NCBI GenBank assembly: GCA_963826785.1
Contig: CAWGYD010000006.1
Span: forward strand, 768,001 to 832,000
DNA from: an uncultured delta proteobacterium
Lineage (GTDB): Bacteria > Desulfobacterota > Desulfobacteria > Desulfobacterales > Desulfosalsimonadaceae
Reading direction: 5' to 3'
Length of the DNA: 64,000 nucleotides
Made by a program: the position numbers and the translations under genes. The notes under the pieces are model-generated. The model worked only from the letters and a program-made list of their open reading frames with translations, searched no databases and was not told the DNA's origin. Below are positions 17,874 to 27,849 of the stretch, one piece after another (positions within the stretch are counted from its first letter, which is position 1; every line of letters begins with the position of its first letter).

Positions 17874-18623
17874 ATGGACGTTCAGATGCGTTCAGGTTCG
17901 GAATTCGGCGGGCAGATGCCCGCCCCTATGGTCATGCGGTTTTCCCAATCCGGTCTGCGCCGCAGGGGAACATATCATCATGACCCCGGTAGAATCATTG
18001 GTATCAACCAGGAAACGCCGACCGCCTGCCAGGAGGCAGCGGATCATTTTGTCCGTCAGGCACATGATGCGATTCGCTTAAACGGCCGTTTTAATGTAGC
18101 CCTTTGCGGCGGCGGTATGGCGGAGAAAATGTGTGACCTGCTTTCCCGGCCGCCGCTTGCCAATCAAGTCGAATGGGGAAAAACCCATCTTTACCTGGTA
18201 AATGAATTGGGCGTGCCATCCGATGATCGCCGATCGCATTTCCAAATGCTGAAGACCGGACTGCTGGCGCAAGTTCCGGTGCCCCTGGCGCAGATTCATC
18301 CGATACCGAGTCAGCTGCCCGCTTCTTTAGCCGCTGTTTACTATAATCATCTGATGCAGGCCCTGTTCGACAGCAGCGGATTGGACATGGTCTTTCTGCA
18401 GTGGGGGGAATACGGGCACAATCATTTTTTCGCAAATCAGACACCGGTAGTGCAAAAAACACATGCATGGGTTGCCGAACTTTATTTCCCAAAGCGCAAT
18501 CTGTACGCAATCACACTGACCATGCGTGCCGTGTACCGGGCTCGGAAAGCCGTGTTCCTGATACATCAGAATGCCAAAGAATATCATTTGAAAAATCTTT
18601 CATTGATCAATAAATCATCTTAA
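17874..18623 (+). CDS. 6-phosphogluconolactonase-like protein with degenerate motifs
   Basis: Recognisable 6PGL backbone (GRFNVAL.GG, VEWGKTHLY, VPSDDRRS), but the canonical motifs are altered. Confidence 0.7.
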   Translation: MDVQMRSGSEFGGQMPAPMVMRFSQSGLRRRGTYHHDPGRIIGINQETPTACQEAADHFVRQAHDAIRLNGRFNVALCGGGMAEKMCDLLSRPPLANQVEWGKTHLYLVNELGVPSDDRRSHFQMLKTGLLAQVPVPLAQIHPIPSQLPASLAAVYYNHLMQALFDSSGLDMVFLQWGEYGHNHFFANQTPVVQKTHAWVAELYFPKRNLYAITLTMRAVYRARKAVFLIHQNAKEYHLKNLSLINKSS

Positions 18624-18642
18624 AAGACATACGGAAGCCGGA

Positions 18643-19626
18643 ATGACGGAATCGACCTTTGCCATCGGCGTGGATCTCGGCGGCACCAAAATCGCCTACG
18701 CGCTGGTAGACCGGAACGGACAGATTCAGGAGGAGCTTCGTCAGCCCACCGATGCCGCCGTCCGGTGGGAGACGGTGGTCTCCCAGATCATCGAGGGGGT
18801 CAAAGCGATAACTGCCAAAACGGGGATTACGCCCGCAGGTATCGGGGTGGGTGTGGCCGGACAGGTAGACCGAAAAACCGGGGCCGTGCGGTTTGCCCCC
18901 AATCTGCGCTGGCACGAAAAGCCGCTTCGGGCGGTTCTTGAAGATGCCCTGCAGGTGCAGGTGAGAGTGGATAATGATGTGCGCACGGCGACCTGGGGGG
19001 AATGGCTTTATGGGGCCGGAAAAGACTGCGACGATCTGATCTGCGTATTCGTGGGTACGGGCATCGGCGGCGGGATCGTCTCCGGGGGCCAAATGCTGCA
19101 CGGCTGCTCCAATACGGCAGGGGAGATCGGGCATATTACCGTTGATCTTCACGGCCCCCTGTGCACCTGCGGAAATCAGGGCTGCATGGAAGCCCTGGCC
19201 GGCGGCTGGGCCATTGCCAAGCGGGCGCGAAATATCGTGATCAGCCATCCTGAACTGGGAGCCGGAATTTCCATGCTGACAAATGACCGGATCGAAGATA
19301 TCACCGCAGTCGAGGTGCTCAGGGCCTATCGAGCGCATGATCCATTGGCAAAAGTGCTGATCCGGGAAGTCGTCGAAGCGCTGGTGGCCGGAGTGGCCAG
19401 CCTGGTCAGCATGGTCAATCCCTGCAGAATCATTCTGGGAGGCGGGATTGTCGGCGGCCTGCCCGAATTGGTGGAACGGGTGGACCGGGGAGTTCGATAC
19501 CGGACGCTGTCAGCTGCCTCGGAACCCCTGCGAGTGTTTGCGGCCCAGTTGGGCGATCAGGCGGGCGTGGTCGGAGCAGCGGCCATGGCCATGCAATCTG
19601 TGAAAAAGGGGCAGAGCGGGCACTAA
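18643..19626 (+). CDS. ROK family sugar kinase (glucokinase)
   Basis: IGVDLGGTK, DNDV, VGTGIGGG, GEIGH, CTCGNQGCME. Confidence 0.93.
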   Translation: MTESTFAIGVDLGGTKIAYALVDRNGQIQEELRQPTDAAVRWETVVSQIIEGVKAITAKTGITPAGIGVGVAGQVDRKTGAVRFAPNLRWHEKPLRAVLEDALQVQVRVDNDVRTATWGEWLYGAGKDCDDLICVFVGTGIGGGIVSGGQMLHGCSNTAGEIGHITVDLHGPLCTCGNQGCMEALAGGWAIAKRARNIVISHPELGAGISMLTNDRIEDITAVEVLRAYRAHDPLAKVLIREVVEALVAGVASLVSMVNPCRIILGGGIVGGLPELVERVDRGVRYRTLSAASEPLRVFAAQLGDQAGVVGAAAMAMQSVKKGQSGH

Positions 19627-20459
19627 TTGGCTCGATGCCCGGGGTATTGTCTATTGCCGTCAGGAAACAGCTGATTGAACCGCAGGGGAAGATAGCTGGC
19701 CCGGAGGTATATCTGGGGAAATTCGTCGGAAAGATCTGAATATCGGTAAATCGCGTTCAGTATCTGGTGGATGTGCCGGTCTCCGGACCAGATGGTTTTG
19801 GATTCCCGTTCAATTCCGGATTTGGTGCAGCAGTTGGCCACAAAACAGATGTCCGTCTCGCTGGGCGGGTCAAACATTTCGAATTCAAAGTAGTCTTTGC
19901 AGAAGTCCACAATGGACCCATGGAGCGGATGTGATTTCAAGTCGAATACCTGTCCGTTTTTTCTCAATGTTTCCAGAAACATATCAATATGTTCCAGGAA
20001 AAGCTTCTGATGCTTCCAGATGTCTTCGATCCAGCTGTCCCGGTGGCAGCTCCGGTTGTGGTACGCTCTGAAAAACTGACGCACGCCATTGTTCAACTCC
20101 GCATGGATGTCGGTGGTAATACAAATGGACGGTGCATAGATGACTTCTTCAATGACCCGGATAAAGCGTTTCAGTTCGTAGAAGAGCATGGGCAGATAGC
20201 CGGCCAGTTCACGGTCGTTCACCCGTTTGATAAATCCGATATAGTTGAAAATCTGGTTGATCTGGGCGGATTTGACATAACCGGGATAGCGGGGCGTCCC
20301 TTTTTCTATGGCCTGGGTTTTCCGGGGATCATCGATTCTGGGGATAGGGAAGTTATACGGGATGTAAGCGGTTAAAATATTGGAATCGACAATATTTTCA
20401 AACCGGTTATTCTCCAGTTCACATTTCAGCAGATGCGCATAATTTTCAAATTCTTGCAC
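19623..20459 (-). CDS. Hypothetical protein, probable PIN-like nuclease fold
   Basis: IVDSNIL ... PSETDICFV ... IWSGDRHI. Likely GTG start at 20459; the ORF is open to 20564. Confidence 0.6.
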   Translation of the reverse strand: MQEFENYAHLLKCELENNRFENIVDSNILTAYIPYNFPIPRIDDPRKTQAIEKGTPRYPGYVKSAQINQIFNYIGFIKRVNDRELAGYLPMLFYELKRFIRVIEEVIYAPSICITTDIHAELNNGVRQFFRAYHNRSCHRDSWIEDIWKHQKLFLEHIDMFLETLRKNGQVFDLKSHPLHGSIVDFCKDYFEFEMFDPPSETDICFVANCCTKSGIERESKTIWSGDRHIHQILNAIYRYSDLSDEFPQIYLRASYLPLRFNQLFPDGNRQYPGHRAN

Positions 20460-20844
20460 AAAAAACCCCTGCCGACAAGCCCGTTCACACAAAAACGCAT
20501 TACCCGTGTATGCCCAACCTGATGGACCCATATTCCATCGAAGTAAAATGCGTGGCAGTAACATTTATGAGTCGATTGGCTTGGGCGCACTGATCCGTCA
20601 ATACGCCGCAGATGTTCAAGCGGCTTTTAAAAAAAACCAAGGTAAGGTCAAAGAGCAGTAGAAAACTGTTACATTACAGGAAAAGAAAAATGAGTACAAA
20701 ATTTTTGCAATTTAAATTCTATATGTCAAGCAAATTACGAATTGCTCAATTATCCTTTCACTTCCAGGTTGTTTTTGATTAAAAGGAACTTAATTTAAAA
20801 ATTTTGATCAAATGACCCAAGTGTTTCCGGAGGTGAAAAATCGA

Positions 20845-21657
20845 ATGGTGCGTATCAATGGTCCCATGGACATCTTTAAACTGTTGAATCAAAACAACTG
20901 CAGGGAGTGCAACGAGAAAACCTGTCTGGCGTTTGCCGTGGCCGTATTCAAGAACAGACGGCAGCTCAGTGAATGTCCGCATCTCGAAGACGATGTCATC
21001 GAGCGGTTTGGGGGCGAAACCGAAAAGCCCAATACCGTCGATGAATTCATGGACGAAGCGGTCGCGCAGCTGAAAAAAAGAATCAGTGAAATCGATCTGG
21101 CCGCGGCCGCCGACCGGCTGCACGCCCGGTATGAAAATCAGAAACTTACGGTAAAGGTGCTGGGCAAGGATTTCAGCGTGGATGCACAGGGCCGCATTTC
21201 AACCGACATCCATGTCAATCCCTGGATTGCCGTTCCCGTCTTAAATTATATCTTAAATGGGAAGGGGCGGCCGGTTTCCGGCAACTGGGTGACCTTCAGG
21301 GATCTTGAAAACGGCCGATCCCGGTACGCGCTTTTTCATCAGCGCAGTGAAATTCCATTAAAGAAGGTGGCCGACACCTATCCGGATCTGTTTGCGGACA
21401 TGCTCGATATTTTCGACGGCAAACGCATAGAGGGGCACGTGGACTCGGATATATCGATCGTCCTGCATCCGCTGCCGTTAATGCCCATACTGGTCTGCTA
21501 CTGGGAGCCCGAAGACGGCCTTGAATCCAGCCTTCACCTGTTTTTGGACCAGACTGCGGAAGAAAATCTGGATGTCGATTCCATATATACCCTCTGCGCG
21601 GGGATGGTGAAGATGCTTGAAAAGCTTTCTTTGCGGCACCGCTATGATCAATCCTGA
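20845..21657 (+). CDS. Fe-S-binding / DUF3786 domain protein
   Basis: N-terminal NCRECNEKTCLAFA..ECP Fe-S motif, followed by WVTFRDL.. and PLPLMPILVCYW. Confidence 0.85.
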   Translation: MVRINGPMDIFKLLNQNNCRECNEKTCLAFAVAVFKNRRQLSECPHLEDDVIERFGGETEKPNTVDEFMDEAVAQLKKRISEIDLAAAADRLHARYENQKLTVKVLGKDFSVDAQGRISTDIHVNPWIAVPVLNYILNGKGRPVSGNWVTFRDLENGRSRYALFHQRSEIPLKKVADTYPDLFADMLDIFDGKRIEGHVDSDISIVLHPLPLMPILVCYWEPEDGLESSLHLFLDQTAEENLDVDSIYTLCAGMVKMLEKLSLRHRYDQS

Positions 21658-21877
21658 GACTTAGAAACTTTCTTCATTTTCCGGGCGAATTGCTCTAAAA
21701 CATTAAAATACGGCTTTTGAGCAAAAGCGCGCGATTTCAAGGAATACGGGCGACGATCAATCGTGAACCCTGATAATTATGGGTTTGCTGATGTGCATCC
21801 GGGGGAAGGCATGGTTATGATTTTCATTAAAGGCAGTCAAGCCGATTTTGAAAATGGAAGCAGAAAGGAGGCAATCC

Positions 21878-22039
21878 ATGCCGAAAGAAATGAAGGACAC
21901 GGAAAAAGGCGGAAAGGATCGGATCCGGGAACTTAAGAAAGAACAGCAGGAAGAAATGGAAGAATCTGAAGTCAAGGAAGTGGGGAAATACCCGAAAGCC
22001 AAAGGGGATACGCAGCAGGACGTCCCTCCCGGCACCTGA
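21878..22039 (+). CDS. Small hydrophilic protein (53 aa)
   Basis: Strong SD AAAGGAGG. K/E-rich ORF MPKEMKDTEKGGKDRIRELKKEQQEE... Confidence 0.65.
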   Translation: MPKEMKDTEKGGKDRIRELKKEQQEEMEESEVKEVGKYPKAKGDTQQDVPPGT

Positions 22040-22097
22040 TATCTAAAACATCATCGGTATCCCGGAACAAGCATCCGAATGCCGGATAACTTGAAAA

Positions 22098-22796
22098 TCA
22101 CAGCCCGCGGTGAATTATGCCCGCGGGCTGTTTGGCTTCTGGCCGGCAAAATAAACAGAAAAGAACGGATGCCATCCCGCCGAGGGTGCCGCCGAGATGG
22201 CAGACGGCCAGCGGCGTGCCGCACAAACCGAATTGAAGAAACGAAAACAGCACCGTTCCGCTGGCGGCTTCATAGACTGATTTGCACAATACCACCGCCA
22301 GGCAGATCACACCGGTGGTAAATTCGGATTTTTTCTGCATCATCTCCAGGGCGGAAACCGCCATCAGGCCGTGTGCGGTCCCTGAGAGTCCGCACAGCCC
22401 CAGGGTCCGGATCTGCGGATCAAACCCCCAGGCCGCCGCCAGTCCGGCGGCGCCGCAAATTCCCGCATGGAAAAGCCGCCGGCCCATGCGCTCTTCCGAA
22501 AGGCCGCCATAGAGCAGCAAAAAGGCCCCCGCATCCAGCAGGAAATGATACCAGGTCAAATGTACGAATGGATGCGTCACGATCCGGTACCAGTCCCCGG
22601 CAAGCCATTTATCCGGAAAGAACACCAGAGCGCGGCAGGAGTAGCCCAGCAACAGGTGCGCATTGAGCAGCAGGATGATGCCGGCAAATATCATCGTATC
22701 CGGCCGGATGCCGATGCTGGCTGAAAGGGTCGCCCATCTACCCAGGGTATGCAAAAGCGGTGGGCGCGCATCGGCCCGATTGGCATAAATGGCCAT
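22098..22796 (-). CDS. Rhombosortase (rhomboid intramembrane serine protease)
   Basis: WYRIVTHPFVHLTWYHFLLD, catalytic GLSG and CHLGG. SD AAAGGA. Adjacent to a GlyGly-CTERM-like substrate. Confidence 0.85.
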   Translation of the reverse strand: MAIYANRADARPPLLHTLGRWATLSASIGIRPDTMIFAGIILLLNAHLLLGYSCRALVFFPDKWLAGDWYRIVTHPFVHLTWYHFLLDAGAFLLLYGGLSEERMGRRLFHAGICGAAGLAAAWGFDPQIRTLGLCGLSGTAHGLMAVSALEMMQKKSEFTTGVICLAVVLCKSVYEAASGTVLFSFLQFGLCGTPLAVCHLGGTLGGMASVLFCLFCRPEAKQPAGIIHRGL

Positions 22797-22892
22797 TTCT
22801 ATCCTTTCGGTTGAGCCGGGACGAAGCGTCCCGGCCGTGTGGATTTTCATTGGCGTTTGAGTTGATACCCGACGCAAATGCAGAATGATGGA

Positions 22893-24968
22893 TTAATGCG
22901 GGTGTCGATTCTTTCGGCGCCGCAGCCACAGGGCGAGCCCGGCAAACAGCGGCCCCACCGGCCCGGCACCCAGGCTGAAATCGCGGCTCTGCGACCTGGC
23001 GGGGGCGGGAGAGCTGGGCTGCTGTGCTGCGGGCGCCTGGGCCAGCTTCGGCGCATCTGATGCAGGGGCTGCCGGATCCTGGGGCCCGATGCCGGCCACG
23101 GCCTTGGACTTTATTTTTTCCAGCTGTGCCTGACGTTCGGTCTGGGCTTTCCGGTCCCGCTCCAGGCGAAGGCTGTTTTTCCGCTCGATCTTCCATCGCT
23201 GGTACTCGGCATCATTTTCCAGCACCAGAAAAGAGGTGTATTCAGTGACGATGGAAAAAGCTTCTCCCAGCCGGATGATCTCACCCGTGACTGCTAAGCG
23301 CGATCCGGTCCGATCCGCGGCCTTGAGCAGCTGATCCACTCGCTTTAACGCCCACATCCGTTCGATCTCCGGGTTTTGGAGATCCTGATCCGGGAATGCA
23401 AGATCCATGGATTGGGTGATCGCCACGCCGGCCACATTGCCGGTCAGGGTCACCCTGCCGGTTCCGCTGGAGCTGTAGCGCCCGTAGATTCGCAAGGGGG
23501 AGCCGTAATAGAGATTGGGAAGTGCGGCGGGTTCCACATCAGAAACGCTGATTCCGGAGATTTCCATCCTCAGGTCCGAGGCTGCCGGCCGCATCAGTTT
23601 GCGCCTGAAGGCCTTGGCGGCCCGCTGGAAATTGTCGCCATTGGAGATGAATGCCGCAAGGCCACCCGAGTCCTCGGCCATCTGGGAAAGCATGGGCCGG
23701 TTGACCTCGTTTCCGATGCCGATGCAGAAAACGCGGGCATTGGCCGGTCGGGAGGCGATCATCTGCAGCAGCACCTGCCGCTCCTTCTGCTCGGTCATGC
23801 CGTCGCTCATGATGACGACATTCAAGGGCCGGTCGGAATCGCCGTATTTATAGGCGATGGTCAGGGCGGGGGAAAGTTCGGTGCCGCCCCGGGCCTGCTG
23901 GCCGGCCATGAACTGCATTGCCTGCTGTCGGAAATCCACCGTGCCCGCCTTCAGGCTGCCGAACAGAACCTGGGGGGCGACATTGAAGGTCATCACCTCA
24001 AACCGGTCGGTTTCGCCCAATTCGCTGATAAATGCGTCCAGTGCGTTTTTGGAGACCACCAGCTTGCCGTCATTGGCCATGGAGCCGGACACGTCCAGCA
24101 CGAACACGTAATCCATGCCCGTATCGAGTTTTTCCAGTTCCTTTCCGGTGGCCACAGTCATGCAAAAAAATCCGTCTTCCCCTTTTTGACGGGAAGTGAT
24201 CAGGTCGATGCCGGTCCTGGGGCGGGAAATGTCATAGTTGATGACCACATCAGATGCCAGACTGCCGCCGGCGGCCTCCAGGGATGCCTGGCAGTATGTA
24301 TCGGCATGCCTGGCCACCACGAATACATCGGGATGGCTGGGGCTTTTGATGTCAACAATGGGAATGGCCGATTTGACGTCCAGGTTGATGGCGAAACGGC
24401 CGGTGGTTCCGGCGTTGATGTCCCTGCGCGTAACCGTCGCCAGGGGGTAGACATAGGTGGCCTGGTCATGATCGACATTGAGTTCCTGGTAATAGGTGAT
24501 GCGCACCTTCTGTTCCGCCCCGGCGTTGATGGGGAAGATGCGCATCTCGAATGTTTTGTAATCCACCTGCTCCAGCAGGCCCGGGTCTCGGCGCTTCTGT
24601 TTGTAGCTGTTGTAGATTTGCCGGGCCCGTTCCTTTTCCACCACCTCACCGGTCATTTCCTTTCCATTGATCCACATGGAGAAATTGGCCACCGAGGCGC
24701 CATTGGGGACCGGAAAGGTGTACAGGGCCTCCACCTGGCGCTGTTCGGTGTTGATAAATACCTGGGTGACATCGGTAACCGCCACGCCGTTGTTGATGGA
24801 GACATTGACCGCATGTTCCTTGATTTGAAGCACCCCTCCGAAGCCGCCGTCGGCAATAAGCAGCCCGGCGGCTTCCGAAGAAGCGGGCAGGAGCACAAAC
24901 AGCATCACCAGCAGCGCAGCCGCCAAAGAAAAAGTGAGAGACCTGATCCGGTTGAACCCGTTTTTCAT
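22893..24968 (-). CDS. Exported VIT + vWA domain protein with a GlyGly-CTERM-like sorting signal
   Basis: Signal peptide, VIT domain (EALYTFPVP..ARQIY..DPGLLE), MIDAS DVSGSM..T..SDG, P/A/S linker, then GAGPVGPLFAGLALWLRRRK. Confidence 0.9.
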   Translation of the reverse strand: MKNGFNRIRSLTFSLAAALLVMLFVLLPASSEAAGLLIADGGFGGVLQIKEHAVNVSINNGVAVTDVTQVFINTEQRQVEALYTFPVPNGASVANFSMWINGKEMTGEVVEKERARQIYNSYKQKRRDPGLLEQVDYKTFEMRIFPINAGAEQKVRITYYQELNVDHDQATYVYPLATVTRRDINAGTTGRFAINLDVKSAIPIVDIKSPSHPDVFVVARHADTYCQASLEAAGGSLASDVVINYDISRPRTGIDLITSRQKGEDGFFCMTVATGKELEKLDTGMDYVFVLDVSGSMANDGKLVVSKNALDAFISELGETDRFEVMTFNVAPQVLFGSLKAGTVDFRQQAMQFMAGQQARGGTELSPALTIAYKYGDSDRPLNVVIMSDGMTEQKERQVLLQMIASRPANARVFCIGIGNEVNRPMLSQMAEDSGGLAAFISNGDNFQRAAKAFRRKLMRPAASDLRMEISGISVSDVEPAALPNLYYGSPLRIYGRYSSSGTGRVTLTGNVAGVAITQSMDLAFPDQDLQNPEIERMWALKRVDQLLKAADRTGSRLAVTGEIIRLGEAFSIVTEYTSFLVLENDAEYQRWKIERKNSLRLERDRKAQTERQAQLEKIKSKAVAGIGPQDPAAPASDAPKLAQAPAAQQPSSPAPARSQSRDFSLGAGPVGPLFAGLALWLRRRKNRHPH

Positions 24969-25030
24969 GATATCCTCCTTGAGTTGGACGGTTTTGAGTT
25001 TTACAGACAAACGGATTTGAGGTTCAACAG

Positions 25031-25046
25031 ATCAATAAGCGTGCCA
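25031..25046 (-). promoter_or_regulatory. Candidate sigma54 promoter of the VIT-rhombosortase operon
   Basis: TGGCACGCTTATTGAT: perfect -24 element, -12 reads TTGA instead of TTGC. Confidence 0.5.
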
Positions 25047-25302
25047 TAACCGAAAATGATGCGGTATGCAGCTGTAATAATATTGTATTCTAATTCAGGC
25101 GGGGCGGCCGGGAATCTTTACCGGTATGCATGGCATGTGCGGGAAATGTACATCAGGTGCCGGATAAAGTCTTGCAAAACAATGGTTTATATTGACAACC
25201 CTGTTTTAGTTACAAAACAATGTTTCATTGGCGGCCATGCGCCGGCGACGCATGGCCGCCCAAGCGACGGCAACTTTCAGGCAGGTTTTTTGGAAGAGGG
25301 GG

Positions 25303-27582
25303 CTACTGAGAATCGATCCGGGCGTATGATCCGGACAGCATCGCATCGAATGAGAAGGATTCGTTGAATATTTCCAAAAGCTTGATGTTCTGCTTGGTCA
25401 TCATCAGGCAGTTGCCCACGATGGCATAATAGAGGATGCTCAATCGGGTATTGGAAAGGTCCTTCCGGATCCGGTCGATCTGGTTGCGGTTGAACTGGTC
25501 GGCCAGGGTCCGCATGTGCCGGTATAAATCCACGATATTGGCGTAATCGACGATCTGCTTGTTCTGAAAAGAGATCTCGACTTTGAGCAGGATGTCTAAA
25601 ATGCAGATCTTGATCTGCTTGAGTTCATCCACCTGGCTCTCCAGAAGACCCCGGTGCATGTTGTTGACATGCATGTAGGAACGCAGCGTGGTGTCCCGGT
25701 GGCCGTCGGAGAGCTTCTGCAGACGCCGGATGATCTGGGCATATTTAAAGGATACCTGGGCATCCTTCTTCTGCAGCAGCCGAAGGACCTTGAATACATT
25801 TGCCATGATGATGTTGGCCCAGAGCTGGATTTCCCTGACCCGCCGCCGCTGCCGGCCGAGTTCGACGGCATCTTGTGCGAACAGCGCGTCGAAGGTGATA
25901 TCCATGGACTCGCGGATTTCCCTGAGCAGAAATGCCAGGTGCTCAAAAGTGTCGGAAACGGCCTGCCGGGGGTCTGTGACATTGCGCAGGGTGATGACCC
26001 GTATGTTTTTTTTCTGCTCCACATGGATCTTGTGCTTCAGGTGATTCTTCCGGATCAGGTAGAGGGCGGCGATGATGAGGGCGGCCACTCCCGGGGTATG
26101 AAAATAGTAGATGATGTTGGCAAACACGTAGGCGACGCTGAAAGCGATCAGCGCCGTCATGAACCATCCGCCGATGACCACCAGTACGCCGGTGATTCTG
26201 AATACGGCGGTCTCCCTTCCCCAGGCCCGGTCGGAAAATGAAGATCCCATGGCCACCATGAAGGTGACATAGGTGGTGGAAAGCGGAAGCTTCAAAGAGG
26301 TGGCAAAGGAGACCACCGCACTGGCCACCATCAGGTTGACCGAGGCACGGACCAGGTCAAAAGGTGCTTTTTTCTCCCCTTTATCCGCCGGTATCTGCAC
26401 CCGGGGATCGATGCGGCGGTCGACGAATTCCCGGAAATTTTTAGGGATCACCTTCAATACGGCCGAATTGATCGAGTCTGCCATCTGGATGATGGTCCGG
26501 GACAGCCAGATGGATTCAAACCGTTCCGTTCCTTCCTCCTGCTTGCCCAGGCTGATTTCGGTTTCCGTGACGGACCGGGCCTTGCGTGAAAGCCACAGGG
26601 TCAGCACCATGATCATCCCCGCCAGCAGCAGCAGTCCGGTCTGGGATTGCATTTTATGGCTCAAGGCCCCCATGGTCGCATCCAGGGGGGCATCCGTGGC
26701 CATGGCCGTTCGGTAGGCGTAAAGACCCGCCAGGGGCACGCCGATGAAGTTCACCAGATCGTTGGCGGCAAAAGCCATGGCCAGGGCAAAGGTTCCCACC
26801 AGCACGATGGGTTTTAAAATATTGACGTTAAAAAAACTGATGAGGATTTGAAACATTGCGGCGCTGAACAGGAATATGGCGAAAAGGAGCGTGGCCGAAT
26901 GGGTATTGATCCATTCCACCGTTTCAGGCGTCATGAAGGACGCCCCGCCGGCCCCCTTGACCAGGATGAAAAAAGTGATGACCGACATGGCCATGCCCCC
27001 CCACAGGGCGCCGTATCGCTTGAGCCGGACATGGTAATCAAAAGTGAAGATCAGCCGGGTGATGAACTGGACCACCGCGCCGAAGAAGAACGCCACCACG
27101 ATGGACAGCAGGATGCCGAAGATGATGATCATGGCTTTGGCGGTATTGATGTATTCGCCCAGGGTCAGCGCATCTGCGTGCGCATGCAGGATCTTTGCCG
27201 CTGAAATGGCCACCGCAGCGCCCAGGAGTTCAAAAACAATGGAAACGGTGGTGGAAGTGGGCAGGCCATAGGTGTTGAACAGGTCCAGCAGGAGGATGTC
27301 GGTGAGCATCACCCCCAGAAAGATCATCATGAGTTCGGGCATGGTAAAAAACTGGGGATGAAAAATGCCTTTGCGGGCGACCTCCATCATGCCGCTGGAG
27401 AAGGTCACCCCGGCCAGGATGCCGAGGCTGGCCACGGTCATGATGATGTAATAGGGCGCCACCCGGGAGCCGATGGAGGAGTTTAAAAAATTGACCGCAT
27501 CGTTGGCAACGCCCACCACCAGGTCCGAAACGGCGGCCAGCATCAGAAGGATCACCGCAATAAAGAAAATTTCAGTGCCCAT
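25303..27582 (-). CDS. Inorganic phosphate transporter (PiT family) with a long C-terminal PhoU-like helical domain
   Basis: GVANDAVNF, LPTSTT, FAANDLVNF and LPLSTT PiT signatures. Confidence 0.9.
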   Translation of the reverse strand: MGTEIFFIAVILLMLAAVSDLVVGVANDAVNFLNSSIGSRVAPYYIIMTVASLGILAGVTFSSGMMEVARKGIFHPQFFTMPELMMIFLGVMLTDILLLDLFNTYGLPTSTTVSIVFELLGAAVAISAAKILHAHADALTLGEYINTAKAMIIIFGILLSIVVAFFFGAVVQFITRLIFTFDYHVRLKRYGALWGGMAMSVITFFILVKGAGGASFMTPETVEWINTHSATLLFAIFLFSAAMFQILISFFNVNILKPIVLVGTFALAMAFAANDLVNFIGVPLAGLYAYRTAMATDAPLDATMGALSHKMQSQTGLLLLAGMIMVLTLWLSRKARSVTETEISLGKQEEGTERFESIWLSRTIIQMADSINSAVLKVIPKNFREFVDRRIDPRVQIPADKGEKKAPFDLVRASVNLMVASAVVSFATSLKLPLSTTYVTFMVAMGSSFSDRAWGRETAVFRITGVLVVIGGWFMTALIAFSVAYVFANIIYYFHTPGVAALIIAALYLIRKNHLKHKIHVEQKKNIRVITLRNVTDPRQAVSDTFEHLAFLLREIRESMDITFDALFAQDAVELGRQRRRVREIQLWANIIMANVFKVLRLLQKKDAQVSFKYAQIIRRLQKLSDGHRDTTLRSYMHVNNMHRGLLESQVDELKQIKICILDILLKVEISFQNKQIVDYANIVDLYRHMRTLADQFNRNQIDRIRKDLSNTRLSILYYAIVGNCLMMTKQNIKLLEIFNESFSFDAMLSGSYARIDSQ

Positions 27583-27849
27583 GTATTTCTCCCGGTCCAA
27601 AAAATATACACATCAGGTGAGGCGCCTCAAGCAGAGAAAGGTCTATTTATTGGAAAAGGCGGGGTAAAAACAAGAAAATTCTGCATTCGCAGTACAGATG
27701 CGGCCTGGCTTTATGCGCAGAATTTCAAAGGCGGGATGGAAGCACAGACCCATCGGTGATGAGCGGAAGAAATCCTTCTCATCGCTTTGCTGAAAGAGGG
27801 GAGATGCGGCCCTGCCCGGGACAGCGCTCATCGGGGCAGGGCCTTTGGA

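Noticed and set aside
23376..25049. 557-aa plus-strand ORF, and similar long ORFs at 14944-16332, 61854-63830, 41113-42096 and 323-670
   Set aside because: Antisense shadows of well-supported genes in GC-rich DNA, with no recognisable motifs.
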